Notes under the pieces: model-generated | What the model was told of the DNA's origin: nothing | Database searches by the model: none | Seen by the model: only the letters and a program-made list of their open reading frames with translations | Program-made: the position numbers and the translations under genes | Shown: positions 1 to 10,062 of the stretch, in pieces | How the letters are laid out: the number at the start of each line of letters is the position of its first letter | How positions within the stretch are numbered: the stretch's first letter is position 1 | IMG/VR virus record: IMGVR_UViG_3300034061_004620 | DNA length: 64,000 bases | Source: a virus | Lineage: Duplodnaviria; Caudoviricetes | Reading direction: 5' to 3' (one strand)

Positions 1-2
1 CG

Positions 3-149
3 GGTATTATTAGTATTATCTGCGACGGTGTAAACGCACCAGCAGCAAGTGCCTTACAAACAGCACTCCAAGCACTTGGAACCAAAAAAGGTTCTGTTAA
101 CTTGGGTAGTGCAACTGTAACAGCAGGGACAAGTTTTGTAGTATCGTAA
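3..149 (+). CDS. 3' end of a gene truncated by the window edge (small Ala/Gly/Thr-rich, possibly virion protein)
   Basis: Open frame GIISIICDGVNAPAAS...TSFVVS* ending at TAA 147-149, followed by a terminator. Confidence 0.6.
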   Translation, partial: GIISIICDGVNAPAASALQTALQALGTKKGSVNLGSATVTAGTSFVVS

Positions 150-165
150 TTTTTTAAATTACAAT

Positions 166-192
166 AAAAGCAGACTTCGGTCTGCTTTTTTT
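166..192 (+). terminator. Intrinsic terminator
   Basis: AAAAGCAGAC-TTCG-GTCTGCTTTT stem with UUCG loop and T-run. Confidence 0.9.
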
Positions 193-197
193 ATGAC

Positions 198-205
198 TAT
201 AAATA
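198..205 (+). promoter_or_regulatory. T4-type late promoter TATAAATA
   Basis: Exact T4 late consensus; ATG at 211. Variants (C/T/A)TAAATA recur before many genes (e.g. 2779, 5907, 18660, 21099, 23680, 49341, 56235, 57135, 63838). Confidence 0.7.
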
Positions 206-210
206 CTTGT

Positions 211-645
211 ATGAAATTTTACACTGGAGTTACCTTGGTTGATATCACAGCTACTGGAATGACAAGACATCAGGCCGGGTACGAGACACAACGTGATCAA
301 CAACGTAATTGGGAAACTGTATTACAAGTTATAGGATTAAGGTCACAACCACAACTGATTGAAGGTCCAGTATCAGCTGAGTTTGATATAGACGAATTAA
401 GTGAATTTGGCGAGATGTATTATGGTAAACACCGTGCATGGATTTTTTGTTTTGGGGTAGAGCACGAAGATGTATTCTTGGAAAACAGTGATCCAGTTGG
501 TGGACTGGATAAAGACTTTGCACAGGTGCCAATCATTTGCGGTTTAGAAGAAACAGCAAGATTTATATTACCAATTTTTTATCCTTATGGTGCAATTAAA
601 AACATATACTTTAAAACTGGCAGAATTAACTTAAATACAGTTTAA
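211..645 (+). CDS. Hypothetical phage protein
   Basis: ORF 193-645; start moved to ATG 211, just downstream of the late promoter. Confidence 0.7.
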   Translation: MKFYTGVTLVDITATGMTRHQAGYETQRDQQRNWETVLQVIGLRSQPQLIEGPVSAEFDIDELSEFGEMYYGKHRAWIFCFGVEHEDVFLENSDPVGGLDKDFAQVPIICGLEETARFILPIFYPYGAIKNIYFKTGRINLNTV

Positions 646-733
646 ATCACCGGCAATTTAAGGCACTTTTCTTTATGGCACATTTTCTAAATCATTTTAC
701 AGACCCCTACATTTTTATAGAAAGAAGTAAAAA

Positions 734-1000
734 ATGGCAGCAAGCGAAAGAACAAGCCTTGAAGCGCACGTGGATTTATGCGCCGAAAGATACAAGGCTT
801 TGGAAGATAAATTAGATAAATTAGAACAGCGTATGACCAATATGGAAGAACATATTATAATCATACGCACGAAACTATCAGAATCAGCAGCCGAGGCTAC
901 AAGTAAAAGTAGTGGGCAATTGATTACAGTAGGCACCGCTTTTGGCGTAGCATTGCTAACAGGCTTAATTATGGTTATGGTACAACTAATTCTAAAATAA
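734..1000 (+). CDS. Coiled-coil protein with C-terminal TM helix (holin/XhlA-like architecture)
   Basis: Heptad region LEDKLDKLEQRMTNME then hydrophobic LITVGTAFGVALLTGLIMVMVQLIL. Confidence 0.45.
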   Translation: MAASERTSLEAHVDLCAERYKALEDKLDKLEQRMTNMEEHIIIIRTKLSESAAEATSKSSGQLITVGTAFGVALLTGLIMVMVQLILK

Positions 1001-1002
1001 AA

Positions 1003-1209
1003 ATGAAGATTGTAGAACTATTAAATAAAGTTAGATTACCAATTACAAACGAAGAATCGGACATTTTAGGAAAATTCGTAGAGTCGCAAGAAATTTCTAA
1101 GAAAGATTTAACACCAAGAGAAGTACTACTTGCAAATCAATTGGTTAATAAAGATATATTATATAGAAAAAATGATGAAGGGCGCATCTATTACAAAAAG
1201 AAAATTTGA
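1003..1209 (+). CDS. Hypothetical protein (MKIVEL N-terminus)
   Basis: 68 aa ORF tightly packed in operon. Confidence 0.65.
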   Translation: MKIVELLNKVRLPITNEESDILGKFVESQEISKKDLTPREVLLANQLVNKDILYRKNDEGRIYYKKKI

Positions 1210-1735
1210 CGATGCAAGAGATGCGTTTACAGATTTTGGGCTTAATTATATACAATCATGGACCAAGCAAGAATTAGCAAAATATAGATCGGAACCTGTA
1301 GTTATTCCAGTAGGAGACTACAGGTTTTTTGTTGGCCCATTTCAGATTCAGGGAGTACATCAGCAATGTTGGAAAGTCAGTCAAATTGACGATAAACACA
1401 CCCATGACTTTGTGGACAAAATTACTGCAATTTTATATTGTTTGTACGAAACAAGAGGACAATATGCACACTCTTCTTATCTATTAGAATTAGATAAAAA
1501 AATTGGAAAACTAAGTTCTGATATCGCATATTACGAAAACGCTCTGTACGCAAAAAAGACTGATAACTTCAAAAAAGATGTTGCATTCAATCGACTGTCA
1601 CATGCAAAAATGCAACGAAAAGATACAGTTAAGATTTTGAAAAAAACTTTAATTTCGGCTAAATACTTTAACTTTAGGAACAACAGCTATGAGACTAACA
1701 GAAATGGGCACCAAGCCCACAGCAAAAAAAATTAA
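1172..1735 (+). CDS. Hypothetical protein (start uncertain)
   Basis: Long ORF 1130-1735 filling the operon; first plausible ATG at 1172. Confidence 0.6.
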   Translation: MMKGASITKRKFDDARDAFTDFGLNYIQSWTKQELAKYRSEPVVIPVGDYRFFVGPFQIQGVHQQCWKVSQIDDKHTHDFVDKITAILYCLYETRGQYAHSSYLLELDKKIGKLSSDIAYYENALYAKKTDNFKKDVAFNRLSHAKMQRKDTVKILKKTLISAKYFNFRNNSYETNRNGHQAHSKKN

Positions 1736-2372
1736 CAAAGTAATGGAAAGCCGTTTTGGCGTAAAGATTGACTATGCTAATTTAGATTTTAAACGTGCGT
1801 ATGTGCTTGCAAGAGGACTAACAGAAAGTCTTAACAAAATCAAGCAAAGCCACGGCGTACATGTAGCAGAGAAGAATCCGAAGTATATGGAACTGCTGAT
1901 GGTACGTGAAGGTTTGCATCGCTGGATGGTAGAGAACAAGCAACAGCTTATTATGGAAAGCGAGATGGGCAAGAGTCAAGCAATTCTTGCTGCCAAAGAC
2001 ATGGTTGATTCGATTCAGGACATGTTAGAAGAAGTCAGCAAGATGCAGAACGAGCAAATGCCGGCGCTACTTGACACCATCCGTGATCAAATTGGTATGG
2101 AACAAGCAGATGCATTCAAAGCAGCAGTAGAACCATTGTTAGCAAATATGTCTCAGCAGTTAAGTTCAGCAAGAGGTACCGCAGATACAGCAGCTCGTGC
2201 GTTAGCCGGTGAACAAGTTGCACAACCAATGGGAATGGGTATGGGAGCTGCTCCAGCCGGTATGCCAGGAGAAATACCACCACCTGATATGGGTAGCGAT
2301 ATGGACACTGATGAATTTGCTGCAACCGATGCAGCGGCAGGTCCAAATGTTGTTGGTAGAGAAAAACGTTAA
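1689..2372 (+). CDS. Putative prohead core/head-associated helical protein
   Basis: MRLTEM N-terminal tag, long helical region, acidic tail; CTAAATA at 1659. Confidence 0.5.
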   Translation: MRLTEMGTKPTAKKINKVMESRFGVKIDYANLDFKRAYVLARGLTESLNKIKQSHGVHVAEKNPKYMELLMVREGLHRWMVENKQQLIMESEMGKSQAILAAKDMVDSIQDMLEEVSKMQNEQMPALLDTIRDQIGMEQADAFKAAVEPLLANMSQQLSSARGTADTAARALAGEQVAQPMGMGMGAAPAGMPGEIPPPDMGSDMDTDEFAATDAAAGPNVVGREKR

Positions 2373-2782
2373 TGCGTATTCGAGAAATTATAGTCGAGGA
2401 TGCTATTGATGAGATCCTCGAAGACGAAGCAGCCGATCCGGTTATCATGGATTTAATGAATATTCTTGAAACTATGAGGAACCGTGCTCACGACACTCAT
2501 GCTGTACCAAGAGTAAGGGCCGATTCACTAATTAATTTGGTACAAATGCAGCACCCACAATTCACTTTAGATACATTAGATCAGGCCATGTCTAATAATG
2601 AAGCATTAAAATCTTTAATTAAAGATATCAAGGATGACGCTACTGGTGTAAAGTATGTGTATCTTACACCATTTGCAGATGACGACGAAGAGGCAGTAAC
2701 CGGTGATCCAAATGCACCACGAACTCCACCAGAACGAACAGTCGACTCAATGGCCAAATCGGCTCTTGCTAAACGCAGTTAA
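2372..2782 (+). CDS. Putative head-associated protein
   Basis: MRIREIIVE N-terminal tag; TAATG coupling to the previous gene. Confidence 0.5.
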   Translation: MRIREIIVEDAIDEILEDEAADPVIMDLMNILETMRNRAHDTHAVPRVRADSLINLVQMQHPQFTLDTLDQAMSNNEALKSLIKDIKDDATGVKYVYLTPFADDDEEAVTGDPNAPRTPPERTVDSMAKSALAKRS

Positions 2783-2811
2783 ATAATATATAATAACACT
2801 AAGGAGAAAAT

Positions 2812-3192
2812 ATGGCTTACTCAGGTCAAGTCTTGGATCATTATGAGAATCCAAGAAACGTTGGTAAACTGGATAAAAATGACCCTGCAGTGGGAACTGG
2901 TCTTGTGGGAGCACCTGCTTGCGGAGATGTTTTACAACTACAAATTAAAGTAAATGACGGAATTATAACTGATGCTAAATTCAAGACATATGGATGCGGT
3001 TCAGCTATTGCCAGCTCTTCACTTGTGTCAGAATGGGTCAAAGGAAAAACTCTCGAAGAAGCAGGGCAAATAAAAAATACTCAAATAGCTGAAGAATTGG
3101 CGCTACCGCCAGTTAAAATACACTGTTCGATTTTGGCAGAAGACGCAATAAAGGCAGCATTAGAAGATTACAAAACCAAGCAGAATGCTTAA
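2812..3192 (+). CDS. iscU: Fe-S cluster scaffold IscU
   Basis: DHYENPRNVG, GAPACGD, FKTYGCGSAIASSS, LPPVKIHCS; SD AAGGAG. Confidence 0.97.
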   Translation: MAYSGQVLDHYENPRNVGKLDKNDPAVGTGLVGAPACGDVLQLQIKVNDGIITDAKFKTYGCGSAIASSSLVSEWVKGKTLEEAGQIKNTQIAEELALPPVKIHCSILAEDAIKAALEDYKTKQNA

Positions 3193-4885
3193 AGTTCTTT
3201 TTTATCACGCCAATGATACTTTAGGAACCAGCAAAGATCCGTTGTTTGTAGGAATAGCCGCTTTATATCTAAAAACACATTTAGATATGACAAATCCTGA
3301 AATCGCTAATCAAATTGAATGGTTACTTCCTATTCAAAAAAGATGTTCTGATGAACAACTTGTTGAATATTGTAATCGTGTCAAACCTGACATTTTATGT
3401 ACCAGCCATTATATATGGAATCACACATTCATAACTGAACAATTACACAGAGTTTATAAAAAATTACCGCAAAGCATGCTCATAGTATCAGGCGGACCGA
3501 GTATTGATGTAAACATTAATGATAAATTTTTTAATATGTATCCGTACATTGATTTTGCAATGTACGGTGCCGGAGAACAATCATTTGCTGATCTTATAGA
3601 AAGTATACTCAAGAAAAAAAAATTGATAGCATTTAATACATCAAACATTGCATGGATTGATAAAGAAAAAAATAAAGTTATAATTGCTGATTTTAAATAT
3701 GTTCCACAGCATAAAGTTAGTCCTTACCTGCACAATAAAGAATTTTTTTCTCAAATGATAAGTGATTTGCACCAAAAAGGCATTGAAGTGGTCATTCCGT
3801 ATGAATTAACCAGAGGTTGTCCTTACTCGTGTACTTTTTGTGATTGGAATAGCGGATTGACTAACAAAGTATCGAGACGCAAAGGAACATATAAAGATGA
3901 AATTGATTTATTTCATCATTTAGAAATAAAAAAAATATACTTGTCAGATGCTAATGTTGGACAATATGACGAAGATGTTGATATGATATCGTATCTTGCT
4001 AACAAAAATATAAATGAAAGCGCCGGATTTCAGATAGACGGTAACTTTAGTAAATTAAGAAAAGAAAATAATTTAAAGATATATAACCTAATAGGCGAAG
4101 CCAATCTTTCAACCGAACACGCAGGGTTTACACTTTCAGTTCAAGATATAAATGTTAATGTACTACAAAATATTGATAGACCAGATGTAGGGTGGGATGT
4201 GCATTTAAACATTATTAATGAGTTACATAAAAAATTTCCAAACAAACACTGTAAAATTCAACTTATACAAGGATTGCCAGGGCAAACAGTGATCTCGTGG
4301 CGAGAAACATTGTCAGAAATATGTAAACACCCTGTGACTATACAACCTTTTATAAGCGAACTTTTATCTGCAAGTCCGGCTGCACGTGATAAAGATTATC
4401 AAAATAACTTTAAATTTGAATACAGTAACAGTGAAAGATCTGAAAATAAACATTTTTTCAGAGGAGCTTTCCCAAAATCTTGTACAAGTTTTAGTCAATT
4501 AGATTTTGTAAAAATGACAATGTACACAATAATATACACCACGCTCCAAGTTTACAAAAAACAAGGTATAGAGTTTAATTTAGAAGGTGTGGTAGATGAG
4601 TTTATTGGTTCCAAAAACTATAATGTGCTTGTTGATAATTTGTATCAAAATTGGAAAGAACATGATAAATTTTATTTTACATTAGACTTAGATTTAAAAG
4701 AAAATATAGTCACTGCGTCAAATTTCACAGAATCTGTTATGGATTGGATGGATAGCGTTCTTCTTTTAAAGTTAGTACTGAACAACAGTTTATTAAAGGA
4801 TAAAAAAGAATTTATTAGAAAAGCTGTTATGATAGATCATAACAAACAATTTAAATTAAACATGAAAAAACTTAAGGCATTTTGA
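3185..4885 (+). CDS. Radical SAM protein with N-terminal B12-binding-like domain
   Basis: TRGCPYSCTFC (CxxxCxxC); GGP and GAGE motifs in the N-terminal domain. Confidence 0.85.
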   Translation: MLKVLFYHANDTLGTSKDPLFVGIAALYLKTHLDMTNPEIANQIEWLLPIQKRCSDEQLVEYCNRVKPDILCTSHYIWNHTFITEQLHRVYKKLPQSMLIVSGGPSIDVNINDKFFNMYPYIDFAMYGAGEQSFADLIESILKKKKLIAFNTSNIAWIDKEKNKVIIADFKYVPQHKVSPYLHNKEFFSQMISDLHQKGIEVVIPYELTRGCPYSCTFCDWNSGLTNKVSRRKGTYKDEIDLFHHLEIKKIYLSDANVGQYDEDVDMISYLANKNINESAGFQIDGNFSKLRKENNLKIYNLIGEANLSTEHAGFTLSVQDINVNVLQNIDRPDVGWDVHLNIINELHKKFPNKHCKIQLIQGLPGQTVISWRETLSEICKHPVTIQPFISELLSASPAARDKDYQNNFKFEYSNSERSENKHFFRGAFPKSCTSFSQLDFVKMTMYTIIYTTLQVYKKQGIEFNLEGVVDEFIGSKNYNVLVDNLYQNWKEHDKFYFTLDLDLKENIVTASNFTESVMDWMDSVLLLKLVLNNSLLKDKKEFIRKAVMIDHNKQFKLNMKKLKAF

Positions 4886-5211
4886 TGATTATACTAACAG
4901 AAATAGCTGCACGTAAAGTTCGACAACATATTGATAAACGTGGTCGAGGACACGGAATCATGATTGGTGTGCGTACCACAGGATGTAGTGGACTGGCATA
5001 TAAATTAGAGTATGTAGATAATCCTCCAATCACAAAAGATTACATGACTTTTGAAAGTAATGGAATAAAAGTATATGTAAATGGTCGCGACTTGCCCTAT
5101 ATTGATGGACTAACTATGGATTATAAACGTCAAGGGCTTAACGAAGGATTTGAGTTTATCAACCCCAAAGAAAAGGATCGCTGTGGATGCGGCGAAAGTT
5201 TTAGAATATAA
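4885..5211 (+). CDS. iscA: A-type Fe-S carrier IscA/HesB
   Basis: GVRTTGCSGLAY and C-terminal RCGCGESF. Confidence 0.95.
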   Translation: MIILTEIAARKVRQHIDKRGRGHGIMIGVRTTGCSGLAYKLEYVDNPPITKDYMTFESNGIKVYVNGRDLPYIDGLTMDYKRQGLNEGFEFINPKEKDRCGCGESFRI

Positions 5212-5910
5212 ATGATCATTCAAAAATACGATTATACACCGTTATCAAGAGAAAGTGTTGAAGGCAAACGACATTATGCTTTACCAGATGGCAGTCGTGT
5301 TCCTTCTGTCACCACTATACTTGACCGAACTAAACCCGAAGAAGCAAAACAAAAACTACGCGAATGGAAAGATCGTGTAGGACATGACCGTGCTCAACAA
5401 ATAACCACAGAAGCAGCCAATCGTGGTACCAGAATGCACACATACTTAGAACGCTATGTGAAGAATAACGACATCGGCGAATTTCCAACAAATCCGTTTG
5501 CACAACCAAGTTGGTTTATGGCAGCACAGGTTATATTAGAAGGGTTACAACATGTGGATGAATATTGGGGTTGCGAGGTACCTTTATACTACTCTGGGCT
5601 TTATGCTGGAACTACTGATTGTGTCGGAATCTGGAAAGGACAGCCTGCGATCATGGATTTTAAACAAACGAATAAGCCTAAAAAAAGAGAATGGATTGAC
5701 GATTATTTTCTACAGCTCGCGGCATATGCGGCAGCTCACAACGACACACACGGAACACAGATCAATACTGGAGTTATTCTCATGTGCGCCCGCCCTGAGA
5801 GCGATCGAGCAACTCCTCAATACCAAGAATTTGTATTAGAGCCCGGTGATTTTGCTTACTGGAGCGATCAGTGGATGCGTAGAGTTGAGCTGTACTATCT
5901 CTCAAGCTAA
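5212..5910 (+). CDS. PD-(D/E)XK exonuclease (Cas4/RecB-like phage exonuclease)
   Basis: PSVTTIL, GTRMH, YAGTTDC, IMDFKQ, QLAAYA motifs. Confidence 0.85.
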   Translation: MIIQKYDYTPLSRESVEGKRHYALPDGSRVPSVTTILDRTKPEEAKQKLREWKDRVGHDRAQQITTEAANRGTRMHTYLERYVKNNDIGEFPTNPFAQPSWFMAAQVILEGLQHVDEYWGCEVPLYYSGLYAGTTDCVGIWKGQPAIMDFKQTNKPKKREWIDDYFLQLAAYAAAHNDTHGTQINTGVILMCARPESDRATPQYQEFVLEPGDFAYWSDQWMRRVELYYLSS

Positions 5911-5934
5911 ATACACAATAATTGAGGATTTAGC

Positions 5935-7302
5935 ATGGCCGTTACGCAGATTAGCAGAATTCAACATCGTAGAGGACTCGAGCAGGATCTCCCGCAGCTG
6001 GCTTCAGCTGAATTAGGTTGGAGTCTTGACACAAGAAAATTATACATAGGAAACGGTACACTTGACGAAGGCGCTCCAAGTCTCGGAATCACAGAAATCT
6101 TAACAGAATATTCTGATCTCACAGCTTTACTTGGAGCATATACATTTGTCGGTAACGTAACGGGTTACACTGTGCAAACTGGCAGCAGTATTTTAAATCC
6201 AGTAACAAGAAGCTTCCAACAAAAATTCGATGATTTTGTTAATGTCCGCGATTTTGGTGCTACCGGTAACGGTATAGATGACGATTACGCAGCTATTAAT
6301 AGAGCAATTACACAGATATACAGAACAACTAATAATCTAACAGATCCGCGCACACGTAGAACTATTTACATTCCAGGCGGAACCTATTTAACTTCAAACA
6401 CGATTCAGATTCCGCCTTTTGCAAGATTGGTTGGCGATGGGATCAACAGTAGTATAATTAAGGCTAAATTTGGTAATATATCTTTAGCAAATTTATGCGA
6501 TTCATCATTTATTTCTGGACCATCAATTGGCACTGGCTCAGCTGTGTTACCGCAAAGTATAGAAATAAATGGAATGAAATTTTTAAATGATAATGCCACT
6601 GTGACCGCACCAATGTTCAATATTGACAGTGCAAGTAATATCAAAATCACAAACACCAATTTTTCATCTAATGTAGGTAATGGCGTTTATTCAAATATTA
6701 TACACATTAAAAGTCATGCATCTTCAACAAAATTTGTCGTAATAGATTCGTGTCAATTGGCAGGTGGTGGCAATGGTATTGTTAATTTTGGGTCAGATAC
6801 TGCTGCAATTAATATTGTTCAAAGTACATTTGACCGCTTCGCTAATGTTGTTTTAGTATTAAACGACATCGATAGTATATCTCTCTTTAATAATTACTAT
6901 GGACCGCAATCCGGGGCTATTAGTTCAAAAGATTCAGCAATTTCATTTGTCAGTATTGGTGAGGTTTTTGGTTCAGGGGCGAGCCTGTTAGACGGTCTAT
7001 TTTTAGGAAACTTGATTCAATCAACTGCAAGAGGTGTAAGTGTCAGTACCACGCCCGCAGTTATCTCCGCTTTAGTAGCTAACACAGCAGCGGCTTTGCG
7101 TTATGAAATAAGCAATAGTTCAGCTCGAAGGTTTGGCATATTTACATTTACTACAGATGGAGTTGATAATGTTTTTTCAGATTCTTATACCGAAACTGTG
7201 ATTCCTATTAAAGCAAATTTATTTGCAAATGGAAACAGTCTTATATGTTCGATTGATTCAGGAACAGGGACTTTAAAATTAAATTACACACAGTTTATTT
7301 AA
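5935..7302 (+). CDS. Tail/virion protein with pectate-lyase-like beta-helix
   Basis: N-terminal RIQHRRG...ELGWSLDTRKLYIGNG tail-fibre-type motif; VNVRDFGATGNGIDDDYAAINRAI and IYIPGGTY. Confidence 0.7.
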   Translation: MAVTQISRIQHRRGLEQDLPQLASAELGWSLDTRKLYIGNGTLDEGAPSLGITEILTEYSDLTALLGAYTFVGNVTGYTVQTGSSILNPVTRSFQQKFDDFVNVRDFGATGNGIDDDYAAINRAITQIYRTTNNLTDPRTRRTIYIPGGTYLTSNTIQIPPFARLVGDGINSSIIKAKFGNISLANLCDSSFISGPSIGTGSAVLPQSIEINGMKFLNDNATVTAPMFNIDSASNIKITNTNFSSNVGNGVYSNIIHIKSHASSTKFVVIDSCQLAGGGNGIVNFGSDTAAINIVQSTFDRFANVVLVLNDIDSISLFNNYYGPQSGAISSKDSAISFVSIGEVFGSGASLLDGLFLGNLIQSTARGVSVSTTPAVISALVANTAAALRYEISNSSARRFGIFTFTTDGVDNVFSDSYTETVIPIKANLFANGNSLICSIDSGTGTLKLNYTQFI

Positions 7303-7305
7303 TTA

Positions 7306-7755
7306 ATGTTTAAATTATCTGCCAGTGGGCGTTTGATCCACTGGAGAACATTTCGTAATCAGTTAGATATGATGCCGTTGCCACAGGCATTAAAAATGAC
7401 TCAACAATTGTGGCAAACTTGTCCTTTTACTCCTTTTTATCTTGACGTTGAACAACCTGATTCTTGGCCTAATCCTTGGGATTTAATTCTTGAAAATTAC
7501 TATTGTGATCTTGCTAAGTGTTTAGGAATAGTGTATACTTTACATTTGTCCAATCATAGACACGTTCTGGATCCAGAAATAAGAGTATATAAAGACATGA
7601 GATCACAGCATCAATATCATATAGCTTACTTTGCTCATGGAAAATATGTACTTAATTTGATTGACAATGAGGTAGTAAATAAAGAACACATTAATCAAGA
7701 ATTAAAATTAAAACACCGCTATATCGCGGCAGATTTAAGATTAGAATTATACTAA
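7306..7755 (+). CDS. Hypothetical protein
   Basis: 149 aa ORF in operon before nrdA. Confidence 0.7.
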   Translation: MFKLSASGRLIHWRTFRNQLDMMPLPQALKMTQQLWQTCPFTPFYLDVEQPDSWPNPWDLILENYYCDLAKCLGIVYTLHLSNHRHVLDPEIRVYKDMRSQHQYHIAYFAHGKYVLNLIDNEVVNKEHINQELKLKHRYIAADLRLELY

Positions 7756-7763
7756 GGCGAGAT

Positions 7764-10061
7764 ATGCAAATTCAAGTTACTAAAAGAGACGGGCGTCGAG
7801 AATTATTAGATTTAGAAAAGTTACACAAGGTAGTTTTTTGGGCTACAGAAGGAATTACCGGAGTTAGTGCAAGTGAAGTAGAAATAAAAAGCCATATACA
7901 GTTTTATAACGGTATCAAAACAGCCGACATACAAGAAACCTTAATTAAATCAGCAGCTGATCTAATCAGCGAAGAAACTCCTAACTATCAATATGTAGCG
8001 GGCAGACTGATTAACTATCATTTACGAAAACAAGTATACGGAGATTATACACCTTGTGTACTGATAGATTTGGTTAAAAAAAACGTAGATTTGGGTTTTT
8101 ACGATCGAGGATTATTGGATGCGTATTCTGAAGATGAATGGGCAAAATTAAATAGTTTTGTACACCACGAAAGAGATGAAAGTTTTACCTATGTTGCCAT
8201 GGAGCAGTGGCGAGGCAAGTATCTCGTACAAAATCGTGTGAGTGGTGACATTTATGAAACTCCGCAGGTGGCGTATATTTTGATTGCAGCCACACTGTTT
8301 CAAACCTATCCACAAGAAACACGATTGAAATGGATCAAGGAATACTACGATGCTATCAGCTTACATGATATTAGTTTGCCTACTCCTGTCATGGCCGGTG
8401 TTCGCACACCGCAAAAACAATTCAGTAGCTGTGTGCTTATTGAAACAGACGATAGTCTTGACAGTATTAATGCTACTACCAGCAGTATTGTTAAGTACGT
8501 CAGTCAAAAAGCCGGAATCGGAATTGGTGCAGGTAGAATACGAGCACTTGGGAGCCCAATACGAAACGGAGATGCTTACCACACCGGGGTTATACCTTTT
8601 TACAAGTTGTTCCAAAGCGCAACGCGGAGTTGTAGCCAAGGGGGTGTCCGTAATGGCGCCGCTACATTGTACTACCCAATCTGGCACCTCGAGATTGAGG
8701 ACTTGATTGTATTAAAGAATAACAAAGGCACTGAGGATAATCGTGTGCGTCACATGGATTATGGGGTGCAATTTAACAAATTAATGTACGAAAGACTAAT
8801 TACAGGTGGTGATATTACCTGTTTTAGTCCTCATGATGTACCCGAGCTGTACTCTGCTTTTTTCACGGATCAAGATCGATTCAAAGAGCTTTATGAGCGA
8901 GCAGAGCGTAATACCAAGCTAAGAAAGAAAACTTTCAAAGCAAGTGATTTGTTTAGTAGATTCATGCAGGAACGCAAAGATACGGGAAGAATATATTTGC
9001 AGAATGTAGATCATGCCAATACCCATAGTCCGTTTGACGAGTCTGTGGCCCCTATTAAGATGAGTAATCTTTGCGCCGAAATAGATTTGCCAACTGTGCC
9101 GTTACGAGATGTCAACGACGAGGATGGTAGGATCGCCCTGTGTACTCTGTCAGCGATCAATTGGGGCAATGTAAAAAGCCCACATGACTTCGAGAAGATG
9201 TGTAGGTTGGCGGTAAGAGGATTGGATGCATTACTATCATATCAAAATTATCCAATTCTTGCAGCACAATTAGCCACTGAAGAGTTTAGACCATTAGGCA
9301 TTGGTATCATTAATTTTGCCTACTTCTTGGCTAAGAATGATGTCAGTTACAGTGATCCGCGAGCATTAACAATAGTAGATGAGTATGCAGAGGCTTGGAG
9401 TTATTATTTGATCAAAGCCTCTGCAGATCTCGCCGAGGAACAAGGCGCTTGCACTCGTTGGAAGGATTTAAAGAGTGCCGGTGGCGTATTGCCTATTGAT
9501 ACAAGAAAACGAGACGTGGACGAACTTGTGCCCTACCAAGAGCGTATGCCTTGGCAATCACTTCGAGAACAAATCCAACGTACTGGTCAGCGCAATGCAA
9601 CATTGATGGCTTTGATGCCAGCAGAAACAAGCGCACAAATTAGTAATGCTACCAATGGAATTGAGCCACCACGTTCGTATGTGAGTATAAAAGGCAGCAA
9701 ACACGGACAACTAAAACAAGTAGTACCTGAATACAAACGATTAAAAAACAAGTACGAATTACTCTGGGACCAAATCAGTCCAGAAGGATACCTCAAACTT
9801 TGTGCTGTGTTACAAAAATACATCGACCAAGGTGTTAGCGTAAATACTTCCTACAATCCACAATACTACGACGACGAGAAGATTCCTATGAGTGAAATGC
9901 TACAACACTTGCTATTGTGTTATAAGTATGGTTTAAAACAGTTGTATTATTTCAATACTTTTGATGGCCAAGGCGAAATTAATGTTGATAAGTTAATGGA
10001 AAGCAAATCTATAGAGGCCGAATTGGTAGATCAAGACAATTGCGATAGTTGTGTAATCTAA
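7764..10061 (+). CDS. nrdA: Ribonucleotide reductase class Ia alpha subunit
   Basis: ATP cone VTKRDG, FSSCVL, SNLCAEI, LCTLSAIN, LYY and C-terminal CDSC; no intein or intron. Confidence 0.97.
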   Translation: MQIQVTKRDGRRELLDLEKLHKVVFWATEGITGVSASEVEIKSHIQFYNGIKTADIQETLIKSAADLISEETPNYQYVAGRLINYHLRKQVYGDYTPCVLIDLVKKNVDLGFYDRGLLDAYSEDEWAKLNSFVHHERDESFTYVAMEQWRGKYLVQNRVSGDIYETPQVAYILIAATLFQTYPQETRLKWIKEYYDAISLHDISLPTPVMAGVRTPQKQFSSCVLIETDDSLDSINATTSSIVKYVSQKAGIGIGAGRIRALGSPIRNGDAYHTGVIPFYKLFQSATRSCSQGGVRNGAATLYYPIWHLEIEDLIVLKNNKGTEDNRVRHMDYGVQFNKLMYERLITGGDITCFSPHDVPELYSAFFTDQDRFKELYERAERNTKLRKKTFKASDLFSRFMQERKDTGRIYLQNVDHANTHSPFDESVAPIKMSNLCAEIDLPTVPLRDVNDEDGRIALCTLSAINWGNVKSPHDFEKMCRLAVRGLDALLSYQNYPILAAQLATEEFRPLGIGIINFAYFLAKNDVSYSDPRALTIVDEYAEAWSYYLIKASADLAEEQGACTRWKDLKSAGGVLPIDTRKRDVDELVPYQERMPWQSLREQIQRTGQRNATLMALMPAETSAQISNATNGIEPPRSYVSIKGSKHGQLKQVVPEYKRLKNKYELLWDQISPEGYLKLCAVLQKYIDQGVSVNTSYNPQYYDDEKIPMSEMLQHLLLCYKYGLKQLYYFNTFDGQGEINVDKLMESKSIEAELVDQDNCDSCVI

Positions 10062-10062
10062 A

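Noticed and set aside
652-687. Three GGCA(A/C) direct repeats in the 645-734 intergenic region
   Set aside because: Short, irregularly spaced and without evident structure; cannot be distinguished from chance
5212-5910. Cas4 as evidence of a CRISPR system
   Set aside because: No Fe-S Cys cluster, other cas genes or array; this is a typical stand-alone phage exonuclease
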